A stretch of DNA of 64,000 bases, from contig CAVOJR010000001.1 in assembly GCA_963696295.1 (NCBI GenBank), forward strand, positions 2,624,001-2,688,000. Direction: 5' to 3'. Made by a program: the position numbers and the translations under genes. Below, piece after piece: positions 19,574-29,485 of this stretch; positions within the stretch are counted from its first letter, which is position 1; each line of letters starts with the position of its first letter. This DNA is from an uncultured Chlamydiae bacterium (GTDB taxonomy: Bacteria > Chlamydiota > Chlamydiia > Chlamydiales > JAJFMB01). The notes under the pieces are model-generated. The model saw only the letters and a list, made by a program, of their open reading frames with translations, did no database searches and was not told where the DNA came from.

Positions 19574-22251
19574 ATGATTGATCAAATCGTAAAGGAATTT
19601 GAAAAAAAAGTAAACGAAAATGGATATAATTATTTAAAAAAGCTTCATGATAATGCTAGAAATTTTCTACTGCAAAATGGAATTGAATATGATGGCGAAT
19701 TTTACGAAACGGCCGAAAATGAGATCATTAAGTTTAAGGTTCCACATCCCGAAAGCTCAAGAAAGCTAATTCAATGCTGGCTTAAGTGCTCATATCTTGA
19801 GCGCAAAAATGGAGATCCCGGCTTATGCATAACCTACGGTGCCTTCCACCCTACCCTACCGCAACATGACACAAAAACTTTTTGGATGGATGAAACCTTT
19901 CATCTTAGCGACGAGGAGCGGGCTGCTATTCAAGAGAGGCTGGCGATCAGTAGGCAAATGGCTGATGAGCGGGCAAAAGAGGAGAAAAAAATCGCCGATG
20001 CAAAAGCAGATTGGTGCGTCGAAAAATATCGAGGTGCCTCTCCACAAGGTCACAGTCCTTACTTTGACAGGAAAGGGATCACCCCGAGCGACATCCGATA
20101 TGAGGTTCGTCGCACTTATGCAGAGGATGGAACTGTTGCGGAAGAGACGATCGCTTTAATCCCCCTTAGGAATATTTCTGGAAAAATTCAAGGGCTTCAA
20201 GAGATTTACCCGACAAAAAGGCGCTTCGGTGATGATCCCAAGCCACGCGATAAAAACACCAATGGCACCTATACCTCCTGTTTCTTCACATTCGGCAAAA
20301 TCGAAGATGGCAAACCCATTTGCTTGGCCGAAGGCTATGCGACTGCAGGATCGATTTTCCAATCGATAAATACCACTACCCTAATGACAGTCTCCCGAGT
20401 CAACATTCAAAATGTCGTCAAGGCACTGAAACGGAAATATCCAAACAGCAATATCACCATATGCGCTGATGCCGACCCCGATGGTCTCAAAGATGCAACT
20501 GAGGCGGCGCGAAAGCTCAAATGCAAGTTAGCGGTGCCTAAATTCCCGGAAGGCAGAGACAAAGACGCGGAAGGAAATAGCCATAAAGATTTTAACGATT
20601 TGATGCTGGTGGCCGGCCGGGAAGAAGTTTCAAAACAAATTGAGGAAGCTGCCACCTTTGTAGAAGCCGAAATTGAAGGATCAAAGGTCCCAGAGATACG
20701 GCAAATTCCAGAGAATGGACTTCCTGTGATTAGGGTAACACCTGGCCAGCTCCATGTTATCGTGGACCTTTGCCAAACCGTTTTGCTCAATAACAGCCTG
20801 GGATTATTTCAACGAGGAGGTCAACTTGTCCGAATTATATCAGAAATTAATAAGCCTAAAAAAAATAAGCTCTTAGATAGGAACGGACGCGAAATTATTA
20901 AGCGTGACTCAGATTCACTATTAATTGCTGAAGTTGATCAAACATATCTAACTGAGTTACTGGGAAAATTTGCAAATTGGGCGACGTTTAACGCAAGAGC
21001 TGGAGAATGGTTTATCCGTGATCCATCCGAGAAGGCGGCAAAGACATTGCTTGCAAGAAGGGAATGGGATTTCCCGGTTTTGAGTGGGTTTATAAGAGCC
21101 CCTACGCTTCGTCCTGATGGAACAATACTGGATCGTGAAGGATATGATGAAGGAACAGGTTTATTTTTCGATGCGGGAGCCACTCAATTTGACCCCATCC
21201 CCGTTAACCCCAGCGAAGAAGACGCTCTTATTGCATTGTCGGTATTACAAGAACTACTTAAAGATTTTCCTTTTGAAAACGAAGAAAGTCAATCGGTCGC
21301 TTTATCCGCTATTTTGACCGGACTTGTGCGAAAATCGATTAGAACCGCACCTTTGCACGCATTTACCGCTCCAAAAATGGGAAGCGGTAAAAGTCTTCTA
21401 TGCGACGCGGTCGGCCTTATATGCACAGGCAGAAACAACAGCGTCCTTCCTCAGGCAAGCGATGAAGCAGAGGAAACCAAAAGACTTTTGGCGGTCCTTG
21501 CGGAAGGGGATCCTATTATTTGTTATGACAACGTTGAACGGCCAATTGAAAGCGCTGCCCTTTGTGCAGTATTGACTCAAGAGTTTTTCAAAAATAGAAT
21601 TTTAGGAAAAAGCAGCAATTTGACTGTGCCCACAAACGTACTCTTCATGGCCAACGGGAACAATTTAACTTTCGTTGGCGATATTTCAACAAGAGCTCTT
21701 CTTTGCAATCTTGATCCGCAATGTGAACGGCCAGAAGAACGATCATTTGTCATGGATTTGCGTGCACATATTTCTCAAAACCGGGCTTTATTTGTAAAAG
21801 CGGCTTTAACCATTCTGAGAGCTTACCATTGCGCAGGCAGACCACCCAGAATATTCCGCCATTCGGTCGGTTTGAACAATGGTCAGAATGGGTCAGGTCC
21901 AGTTTGGTTTGGCTGGGAATGAGGGATCCGTGTGCAACAAGAGAGCAAATAGAATGTGGTGATTTCGTTCGGCAGAAATTGGGAGATTTTCTTGCAGCTT
22001 GGTACGAACTTGTTGGCGACCTGAGTATCAAAACAAAAGACATCATCAGAAAAGTGGAGGGATCAGAAAACGAGTTTTTGAAAGAACATTTCAAAGATTT
22101 TGAAAAGAAAGATGGAAAAGTTTGCTCAATTAAATTGGGAGTCCATTTGAAAAAAATCAGCAAACGAATCGAAAACGGTTTTCGTCTTGAAAATAGCGGA
22201 AAATCACAAGGCTTTGATTTATGGAGGGTTAGAAAAATTGTGCTCAAATAA
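19574..22251 (+). pseudogene. TOPRIM primase fused to a P-loop helicase-like domain; frameshifted near 21845
   Basis: CLAEGYATA, ICADAD, DFND (TOPRIM); APKMGSGKS Walker A, CYDNV; C-terminus (QNIPPFGRFEQWSEWVRSSLVWLG) continues in another frame to 22251. Confidence 0.8.
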
Positions 22252-22255
22252 AAAG

Positions 22256-22463
22256 TATTACTTCTGTGAGGGTTGTGAGGGATGTGAGGGTCTGGCATCA
22301 GGTCTAGAGTGTTTAGCAAAAGAAAAAAAAGTGCGGACATGTTCGTTTTTTTATGTATTCTTTTCTTTAAAACGTGCATCTTTTTGTAAAAATTTTCCCG
22401 TGCTAAACACTCTGGACCTAACGTACAACCCTCACATCCCTCACAACCCTCACAGAAGTAATA
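22256..22463. promoter_or_regulatory. Putative replication origin: 63-bp inverted arms with 3+3 TGTGAGGGW iterons around an AT-rich core
   Basis: 22256-22318 vs 22401-22463 are reverse complements (outer 36 bp exact); immediately after the primase gene. Confidence 0.75.
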
Positions 22464-22502
22464 TGAAATATTTCAATTTTTAAACATAAAAAAGGACTTA
22501 AA

Positions 22503-22811
22503 ATGGAAATTCAAAATTTCAAGTTGATAAACAAGGGCTACGTGGTAGCTCGATTTGACCTGCACATCGCCGAATGGGGCGGCATGACCATCAAGGAATG
22601 CACGCTCTTTGACAAAAACGGCAGTAAATGGGTTGCACCGCCACAGCGCAGTTTTGAGGCTGAAGGCAAAAAAGGCTATGTGTCTCTAGTTACATTCAGG
22701 AAGGAAATTTTCGAGAAAATTCAGGCGAAAGCAATAGAGCTTTTGGAGCAGGAAATGTCGAGTCCTTTATCCCCAAAAAATCAAGATGAACAGTTGGAGC
22801 TTCCATTTTGA
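22503..22811 (+). CDS. SpoVG-like nucleic-acid-binding protein with SSB-like acidic tail
   Basis: VARFDL..GMTIKECTLFDKNGSKWVAPPQR pattern; ends QDEQLELPF. Confidence 0.6.
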   Translation: MEIQNFKLINKGYVVARFDLHIAEWGGMTIKECTLFDKNGSKWVAPPQRSFEAEGKKGYVSLVTFRKEIFEKIQAKAIELLEQEMSSPLSPKNQDEQLELPF

Positions 22812-24161
22812 AAATAAAACTGAACGCCAATATCGAAAATTCAGAAGCCGACGAAGAACTGCGCAGGCTCATCGTCAATGAAAACACCTTCGACAATCCC
22901 ATTTTCATTTCTAATGAGGAACAGGGGCGTTGGAACGGTGGCACGGAACCAACAATTAGAACGTATAAACGCGGAGACGATGGACGTTTGATACTGCCCC
23001 GTGGCTATGCGCGTACATTGCTGCTCCATTGTAAGGATCAGGAGATAAATCCTGAAATTGTCGATGAAAGAGTGACCACACCTCTTTCTTTTCCACCAGG
23101 ATTGAAAGGCGTGGAACTGCGTCCCTATCAAAACCGCTGTATCGAAGCGGCGATGAAATATGATCAAGGGCTTGTCGTTGTGCCAACGGGCGGTGGTAAA
23201 ACTCTTATCGCCCTCGAGTTAATTCGTTTGCGCCGCCAGAAAGCCATGGTAATCGTTCACCGGCGTGAGCTTTTAAAGCAATGGTGTGCTGTTATTGAGG
23301 AGCGCCTCGGTCTGAAAGCAGGTGTTATAGGTGAGGGGGAGTTTGATATAGGAGCCGAAATCTCGGTGGCGATGGTACAAACCCTAAATTCTTGTTCAGA
23401 TGAGACAAAAAAGATCGTAAATGATTTTGGTTTAATTATTTTGGATGAGGCCCATCACGCTCCAGCCTCCACCTTTTTTGATGTCATAGCTCAATTTCCG
23501 GCAAAATATCGTTACGGTGTCAGCGCAACGCCAACCCGTCGAGATTCTCTTGAGATGCTCATTTTCTACTCAATCGGGCCGATACTACAAGAAGTTACCC
23601 GCAGAGAAGTTGAAAGTGTTGGAGCAGTTGTTCCGGCAAAAATCCTCGTTCTCGACACAAAATTTAAGCCAAAGAGTTGTAATAGCTGGCATGAGTATAT
23701 GTCCATGCTTTCAGCAAATGGTGAAAGAAATAAGTTTATTGTCGATCTAGTTTGCAAAGATGATAAGCCGGTTTTGATCCTTTCCGATCGCGTGAGTCAT
23801 GTCGAGTTGATATCGGAATTTTTAAACAAACGAGGCATTGTCCATGTGGTCGCGCATGGGTCGCTTAAAGATCGCGATGACATCGTGCAGAGAATGAAAG
23901 AGTGCAGAATGACTGTTGCGACGGTCGGATTGCTCGGCGAGGGTGTCGATATTTCGCATTGGGAAAAGGTTATTCTAGCGTCCCCTTTTTTCTTCCGAAG
24001 TGAAGCTAATTCAAGCGATTGGTAGGGCGGTGAGGGCCGCGCCTGGGAAGACGGAAGCCACTATTTTTGATCTCAAAGATGACTGCGGCTTTGCCGGCGC
24101 GAGCTTTAAAAAGCGACACGAAATTTATCGAAAACATGGAATTAAAGTTTTTTTCAATTAA
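22808..24161 (+). pseudogene. Superfamily 2 DEAD/DEAH helicase, frameshifted in T6 at 23986-23991
   Basis: LRPYQ, PTGGGKT, DEAHH, SATP, GEGVD; motif VI (QAIGRAVR) lies in another frame ending TAA 24159-24161. Confidence 0.85.
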
Positions 24162-24170
24162 GGAACTAAC

Positions 24171-24656
24171 ATGGAAATAAAAATTAGAGAATTTTATCCG
24201 CTCGTGGTAGGCGACGGCCGTATATCAGGGACCATGCGCGTGCTTGTCGAAAATCTCGGGTTGGAATTGCTCGGCGTATTCATCACGAAGAACAAAAATG
24301 GCTGGATTGTACAGTTGCCTCAGCAGCGATCTCTCCATCATGTGACAGGAGATCCAGTCCGATTTCCCATCCTCAGCTTTGTCGATACCATAAAGCAAAA
24401 TGCTCTTGTGGGAGCCATTAGAAAGCAGGCTCCAGCCTTCATTGAGGCATGGATAAAAGCCAAAGGTCCCGGCTATGTCTTTAAGCAGAAAAAAACCGAC
24501 CTCACCAAAACAATTCCAACGAAAGAAAAACAGCAGCAACAAGAAAAGGCGCAGCCAGCCCTTGCAAATGCAACTGAGGGCAAGCAAATGGTCTCCAGCG
24601 CGTTATCAGGAGAGTGGAGGGATCCACCGAAAAAGAAAACCACAAAAAGGAGATAA
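24171..24656 (+). CDS. Second SpoVG-like protein with a basic low-complexity tail
   Basis: GLELLGVFITKNKNGWIVQLPQQR similar to the 22503 ORF. Confidence 0.55.
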   Translation: MEIKIREFYPLVVGDGRISGTMRVLVENLGLELLGVFITKNKNGWIVQLPQQRSLHHVTGDPVRFPILSFVDTIKQNALVGAIRKQAPAFIEAWIKAKGPGYVFKQKKTDLTKTIPTKEKQQQQEKAQPALANATEGKQMVSSALSGEWRDPPKKKTTKRR

Positions 24657-24658
24657 AA

Positions 24659-25414
24659 ATGTTTTTTGACTATGAATTGACAAATGTTGAAGAAAAAATG
24701 TTAACGGATATTGTTAGTAAAAACAATGTTAAGTCGAATAGGGCAAAAATAATCTTGCTTATGAGAGGAAAATATAGAAAAGGATTTAATCATGTAATAT
24801 CTAAACAATTAAGTTTGAGTGTTACTTATATTATGAATACAGTCCAAAAATTTCGAAAAAAAAGAATGGGAATATTCGAAACCGAGGGACCGGGTTCTGG
24901 AAGAAAACAAGGCTCTGTAAGAGTGAATGATGCAAAACTAATAGATCTATTCGAAAAAGGTATGACTCTTTCAGAAATTTCTAATGAAGTGGGATATGGT
25001 ATCTCTATAGTTAGCCGTAGATTTAAAAAATTGGGGATTAAACCAATAAGAAAAAGAAAAGTAGGAAGTAAATATAAAACGAAAAAAAATTATTACCATG
25101 TAACATGTCCAAATCGTTTGATTTCTATCCTTAATGAAGGATTAAAGCCAAATGAGCATAATGAAATATTTTTGTTCGACAATAAAAAAGACGCTTTAAA
25201 TATTGCAGTGAATCAATGTATTATTTTAAGCGATTATGCGCTCTTAAAAGTTAAATTATTTGAAGACATGTTAGAGGAAGATAATGTAGCTGAATTAATA
25301 ACTGGAAAACAATATTTATTGAAAAATGTTGCAATACCAAAAAAGCAAATTAAACTTGTTGATTGTTATAAAATATTTGATCTAGTAACCAGCAACAAAA
25401 GAGCTGCACGATGA
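24659..25414 (+). CDS. AT-rich HTH protein with a C-terminal ADP-ribosyltransferase/KptA-like motif
   Basis: RBS AGGAGA; RAKIILL...ISKQLSLS and GMTLSEISNEVG HTH-like segments; YYHVT...SILNEGLKP motif. Confidence 0.55.
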   Translation: MFFDYELTNVEEKMLTDIVSKNNVKSNRAKIILLMRGKYRKGFNHVISKQLSLSVTYIMNTVQKFRKKRMGIFETEGPGSGRKQGSVRVNDAKLIDLFEKGMTLSEISNEVGYGISIVSRRFKKLGIKPIRKRKVGSKYKTKKNYYHVTCPNRLISILNEGLKPNEHNEIFLFDNKKDALNIAVNQCIILSDYALLKVKLFEDMLEEDNVAELITGKQYLLKNVAIPKKQIKLVDCYKIFDLVTSNKRAAR

Positions 25415-25443
25415 GACAGCGAATAGAATAACTCTCCACAATA

Positions 25444-26019
25444 ATGATAAAGAATATGACTAAAACAATCCCGATCAAAGAGATAATGGACGACCTCCCC
25501 CTCACCCGGGAACAGGTGGCAGCCAAGATAAAGGAGATCGAAGACGATACGGCAGAATTATATGGTTCTATTGTCCGCGCCAGCGTCGATCAAACGCTTG
25601 CTTTAGTGCACGCCATTGGCGCAAAAAATCAACCCCGCCTCTTGCAGCATATTGTCGGTGAAATGGATAATGACATCCTGACGCGCCTTGAGAAAATAGC
25701 GATTGCCCTATCATGTGAGGAGGTGGAAAGTGTCAGCGAAATATTTAATCAGTCGTACGGCTTTCAGCCCCCTTCAGCAGAAACAATCGCCCAGGCCACC
25801 GAATTCCTCAAAAAAATTGTTTCTCTAGATGATGATCCTGAAGCAAAAGCACATCAACTGGCAGCTCATGCCCGGGATATATATTTCCTAGCGAGCGCCA
25901 TAGCTATCGCGAATCTCGGGGAAAATTATAGGCTGGCGACGTTCGATCGGATATGCCAATTGCCTTTAGGGGATATTCAGAAGATGATAAAACTTTTTGA
26001 CGAGCTTGTTGTAAAATGA
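25444..26019 (+). CDS. Hypothetical protein
   Basis: 191-aa helical acidic ORF in element orientation. Confidence 0.65.
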   Translation: MIKNMTKTIPIKEIMDDLPLTREQVAAKIKEIEDDTAELYGSIVRASVDQTLALVHAIGAKNQPRLLQHIVGEMDNDILTRLEKIAIALSCEEVESVSEIFNQSYGFQPPSAETIAQATEFLKKIVSLDDDPEAKAHQLAAHARDIYFLASAIAIANLGENYRLATFDRICQLPLGDIQKMIKLFDELVVK

Positions 26020-26059
26020 GAATAGCTTTACTATAAATAATTTAAACACAAAGGTTTTT

Positions 26060-26368
26060 ATGACGAAAAGAAAATCTATCGATAGTTTATTGCGCGAATT
26101 GAAATTCGCATCGGACGAATGCTGGCAAGCCAAACTTGCGACAAATGACGTAGCCAAGCGACACGCCCCGCTCTGTGCTCAAATTGTTGAGGTGCTAGGT
26201 GTTCCGGCTTTAATCAACCAACGGCTAGCGTTAAGGACAAAAGAGACAGATGGTCGTCCGGTCACTTCCGCTGATTTTTGGGAAAATGAGGACATGATCA
26301 TCGCTCTTTACGAGCACTACTTGGATGCGATCGAATTTGTAAAGGAGGGAGCTGATGGGAGCACCTAA
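26060..26368 (+). CDS. Hypothetical protein upstream of terminase
   Basis: 102-aa ORF overlapping the TerS start. Confidence 0.65.
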   Translation: MTKRKSIDSLLRELKFASDECWQAKLATNDVAKRHAPLCAQIVEVLGVPALINQRLALRTKETDGRPVTSADFWENEDMIIALYEHYLDAIEFVKEGADGST

Positions 26369-26795
26369 AGGGCATGCGCCCTATCCCGGTTGCGAAACAG
26401 GTGGAAGACCAAAGAAGTACACGCCGGAATTCATTGAATCTGAAGCTGATGCTCTCATTGAGTGGTTAAAGAAGGGGGATTTTATTTGGTTTGAACGGTT
26501 TGCGCTGCAGCGAGGTTATGATGCCAATTTATTAAGCCTTTGGGCTTCTGAAAATAAAAAGTTTTCGGGAGCGTATGAATTAGCTAAAACACATCAGAAG
26601 ATTTTGTTAATAGAAAAAGGTCTAAAGAAACAATATTGTTACAATATGGTTCAACTTTTATTAGGTCACCATTATCAGATATTCTCAAAGCAGGAGACGA
26701 AGCTTTCTGGAGATGCGCAGAACCCCCTTCAATTCATCCTCTCAAATATCGACGGCTCTACAAAGGACCTAGTGAATGACGTTGAAGCAGAGTGA
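26355..26795 (+). CDS. Terminase small subunit
   Basis: GGRPKKYTPEFIE N-terminus, FSGAYELAK, position directly upstream of and overlapping TerL; strong GGAGG RBS. Confidence 0.8.
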   Translation: MGAPKGHAPYPGCETGGRPKKYTPEFIESEADALIEWLKKGDFIWFERFALQRGYDANLLSLWASENKKFSGAYELAKTHQKILLIEKGLKKQYCYNMVQLLLGHHYQIFSKQETKLSGDAQNPLQFILSNIDGSTKDLVNDVEAE

Positions 26796-28299
26796 TATCC
26801 AGCTGGCCCAAAAGTGTCTTGCAGATCCGCTGTGGCGAATAAACCACTTGTACCACATAGTCGACAAGAGGGGTCAACAGGTAGTATTTCGACTTAATTG
26901 GGCGCAAGAAGAACTGTATAATAATATGTGGTTTTGCAATGTCATTTTAAAGGCACGTCAATTGGGAATATCGACTTTTATTTGTCTTTTATTTCTCGAT
27001 CGCTGCATTTTTAATTCCAATGTCTCCGCCGGGATCATCGCCCACACCCTAGAGGACGGGCAGCAGATGTTTCGTAGAGTAAAGCACGCCTATGATTGCT
27101 TGCCTGCAGAAATCCGCGCCCTGGTCACGGCCGACAATGACACGGCGGGGATGCTCAAGTTCTCCAATGGATCCTCACTACGTGTTGCGACATCCCTCCG
27201 CTCTTCAACAGTGCAATATTTGCACGTTAGCGAATTTGCGAAGATTTGCAGCCGCTACCCGGAAAAGGCAAGGGAGGTCATGACCGGCGCGCTCAATACG
27301 ATCAGTAGCGACCAGTATGTTTTCGTCGAATCGACGGCGGAAGGTCGCGAGGGGTCTTTTTTCGACATGGTACAGCGGGCTAGGGCACTTCAGGAATCTG
27401 GTGAGAGGCTCACTTCGTTGGACTATAAATTTTTCTTCTTCCCTTGGCATCGCTGCCCTGAGTACACGCTACGAGATAACGTCATCATACCCCCGGAAAC
27501 AGCTAAATACTTCGAGGAATTGGAGGCTAAGGGGATCCGTCTTTGGCCCGCACAAAAACATTGGTACGTTAAAAAACAGGAGACACAACAATCGGATATG
27601 ATGCGGGAGTATCCATCCGATCCCGACGAGTCCTTCCACACCTCCCTTGAAGGCGCGTACTATTCCCGGCAATTGATGCAGGCGAGGACCGAGAAGCGCA
27701 TCTGTTTTCTGCCTCATGACCCGAATTTGCCCGTGTCTACCTCTTGGGATTTGGGCTTCGGCGACTCTACGAGCATTTGGTTTTTCCAGATTTACGAAAA
27801 AGAGATCCGGTTTATCGAGTACTATGAGAACAGCGGTGAGCCGCTTACTTTTTACCTCAAACTGCTTCAAGATCGGCCGTATCAATACCACAAGCATTTA
27901 GTGCCGCATGACGCTGGTGTGCATGAATTTAGTACCGGCCTATCACGTGTGGAGGTGGCGAGGAAACTTGGTTTCACCTTTACGAAGGTGCCTGATATTG
28001 GCTTGGACTCGGGCATCGATGCGGTCAGGAATGTGCTTTCGCGCTGCTTCTTTGACAAAGAGAAGTGTGCCGGAGGGATCAAGTGCTTGGAGTCATATCG
28101 CAGGGCCTGGAATGATGCTCATGGCTGTTGGTCCAGCAAACCGCATCATGACAAATTCTCCCATGGGGCCGATGCTTTTCGCATGATGGCAGTGGGGCTT
28201 CGCTTGGTCGAGAGGAGCATGAGCTATGATCAGTCAGATGGCGGGCGCACGCTTGGCTACACACCATATCCCGGCGGAAAACCGAAATCGATTTTCTGA
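26776..28299 (+). CDS. Terminase large subunit
   Basis: ILKARQLGISTF (Walker A), YLHVSEFA (Walker B), ESTAEG (motif C), SWDLGFGDSTSIWF and SHGADAF (RNase H-like nuclease). Confidence 0.93.
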   Translation: MTLKQSDIQLAQKCLADPLWRINHLYHIVDKRGQQVVFRLNWAQEELYNNMWFCNVILKARQLGISTFICLLFLDRCIFNSNVSAGIIAHTLEDGQQMFRRVKHAYDCLPAEIRALVTADNDTAGMLKFSNGSSLRVATSLRSSTVQYLHVSEFAKICSRYPEKAREVMTGALNTISSDQYVFVESTAEGREGSFFDMVQRARALQESGERLTSLDYKFFFFPWHRCPEYTLRDNVIIPPETAKYFEELEAKGIRLWPAQKHWYVKKQETQQSDMMREYPSDPDESFHTSLEGAYYSRQLMQARTEKRICFLPHDPNLPVSTSWDLGFGDSTSIWFFQIYEKEIRFIEYYENSGEPLTFYLKLLQDRPYQYHKHLVPHDAGVHEFSTGLSRVEVARKLGFTFTKVPDIGLDSGIDAVRNVLSRCFFDKEKCAGGIKCLESYRRAWNDAHGCWSSKPHHDKFSHGADAFRMMAVGLRLVERSMSYDQSDGGRTLGYTPYPGGKPKSIF

Positions 28300-28408
28300 T
28301 CCTACAGGAACAGTATTAATCAAAAATAATTCGTTTTTTCCTATGAAAATGCCTCAAAATATAGTAAAATTAAGGATTTAATTCATCTGTTTTTTTTGGA
28401 GTTAAATC

Positions 28409-29485
28409 ATGGTCCAAGTTTTGCCATCACGAGAACAAAGCTTTCTACAATCCTTATTCGGAGGCGCGGCAGCCGGAGCGGAGGCGACGGGCAAAATGCT
28501 TCCACAGTTGCAGCAGATGCAACAGCAGAAACAGCGGGCGCAGGACTACAGCAAAGCCCTTGGAGGCATCGAAAAGATCTACGCCAACCCCGATTTGACC
28601 GAGCAACAAAAGCTGATTTCAGCCTATAAAGAGCTCGGCTCACACCCAGAACTTGCGCCGCACCTGGGTAGCCAGCTGACACGGGCAGGAGCTCAGCAAG
28701 AGAGTTTCAAAGACAAGCTGATGAAACAGCAGCAATTGGATCAGTCCTTCCAGAAGATTCAGCAAATGTACGCCGATCCCAACCTCACCGACGAGCAGAA
28801 GGTTTTCGGGGTCTATCAAGAGCTTGCGCAGAATCCTACCTTGGCCGCCAGTCTGACCAGTGCCATGCAGAAACCGGCAAAGACCCGCGGCGAAGACATA
28901 GCAGGCCAGCAGTATGCCCGGGGCTACGATGCGATAGTTTCCGGTGATACTTCTGCCCTCAACGAAGTCCTGCACGATCCGGAAACATCCTACGCCGTAA
29001 AAAGGCAGCTTACCGACCTTCGCGACAAGTATGAGACCCGAAAAGGGGTGCAGTCCAGGGAGCTTCGACAACGTCAGTCGATGGTCCAAAAAAGCTACAA
29101 GCAAGCCATTGAGGCTCAGAAAAAGATTTTGGACAATGTCTATACCGACGACAAAGAGAAGCCAGCGATTAGGAAAGAGATCAAGCGCCTGGAAGCCCTG
29201 GAAAAACATGATTTGAAGAAACTGACCAAGAACCCCGACAGTTACCCCTCCCTCGCCCTCTGGAACAATCTGGATCCCGACTACTTTCCTGAAGAGACCG
29301 AAGAAGAAGAGGAGCTCTTCACAGAAAGAGAGCAACCAGCTGAGGAGAAAAGCGATGTCGATGAGCGCGTCGAGTTTTTGAATGGGACTTTTCCCCCTCT
29401 TCAGTTCAAGGGTAAGAAAAAGCAGGACAAATCAGGCAGAGTATATGAATCGGACGGTAAGACATGGCGACTAGTACAAGGATAG
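28409..29485 (+). CDS. Gln-rich protein resembling a podophage internal virion/ejection protein
   Basis: Gly/Ala N-terminus, Q-rich helices, internal duplication (IYANPDLTEQQK / MYADPNLTDEQK), C-terminal GRVYESDGKTW; lies upstream of a giant LPD38-like gene. Confidence 0.55.
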   Translation: MVQVLPSREQSFLQSLFGGAAAGAEATGKMLPQLQQMQQQKQRAQDYSKALGGIEKIYANPDLTEQQKLISAYKELGSHPELAPHLGSQLTRAGAQQESFKDKLMKQQQLDQSFQKIQQMYADPNLTDEQKVFGVYQELAQNPTLAASLTSAMQKPAKTRGEDIAGQQYARGYDAIVSGDTSALNEVLHDPETSYAVKRQLTDLRDKYETRKGVQSRELRQRQSMVQKSYKQAIEAQKKILDNVYTDDKEKPAIRKEIKRLEALEKHDLKKLTKNPDSYPSLALWNNLDPDYFPEETEEEEELFTEREQPAEEKSDVDERVEFLNGTFPPLQFKGKKKQDKSGRVYESDGKTWRLVQG

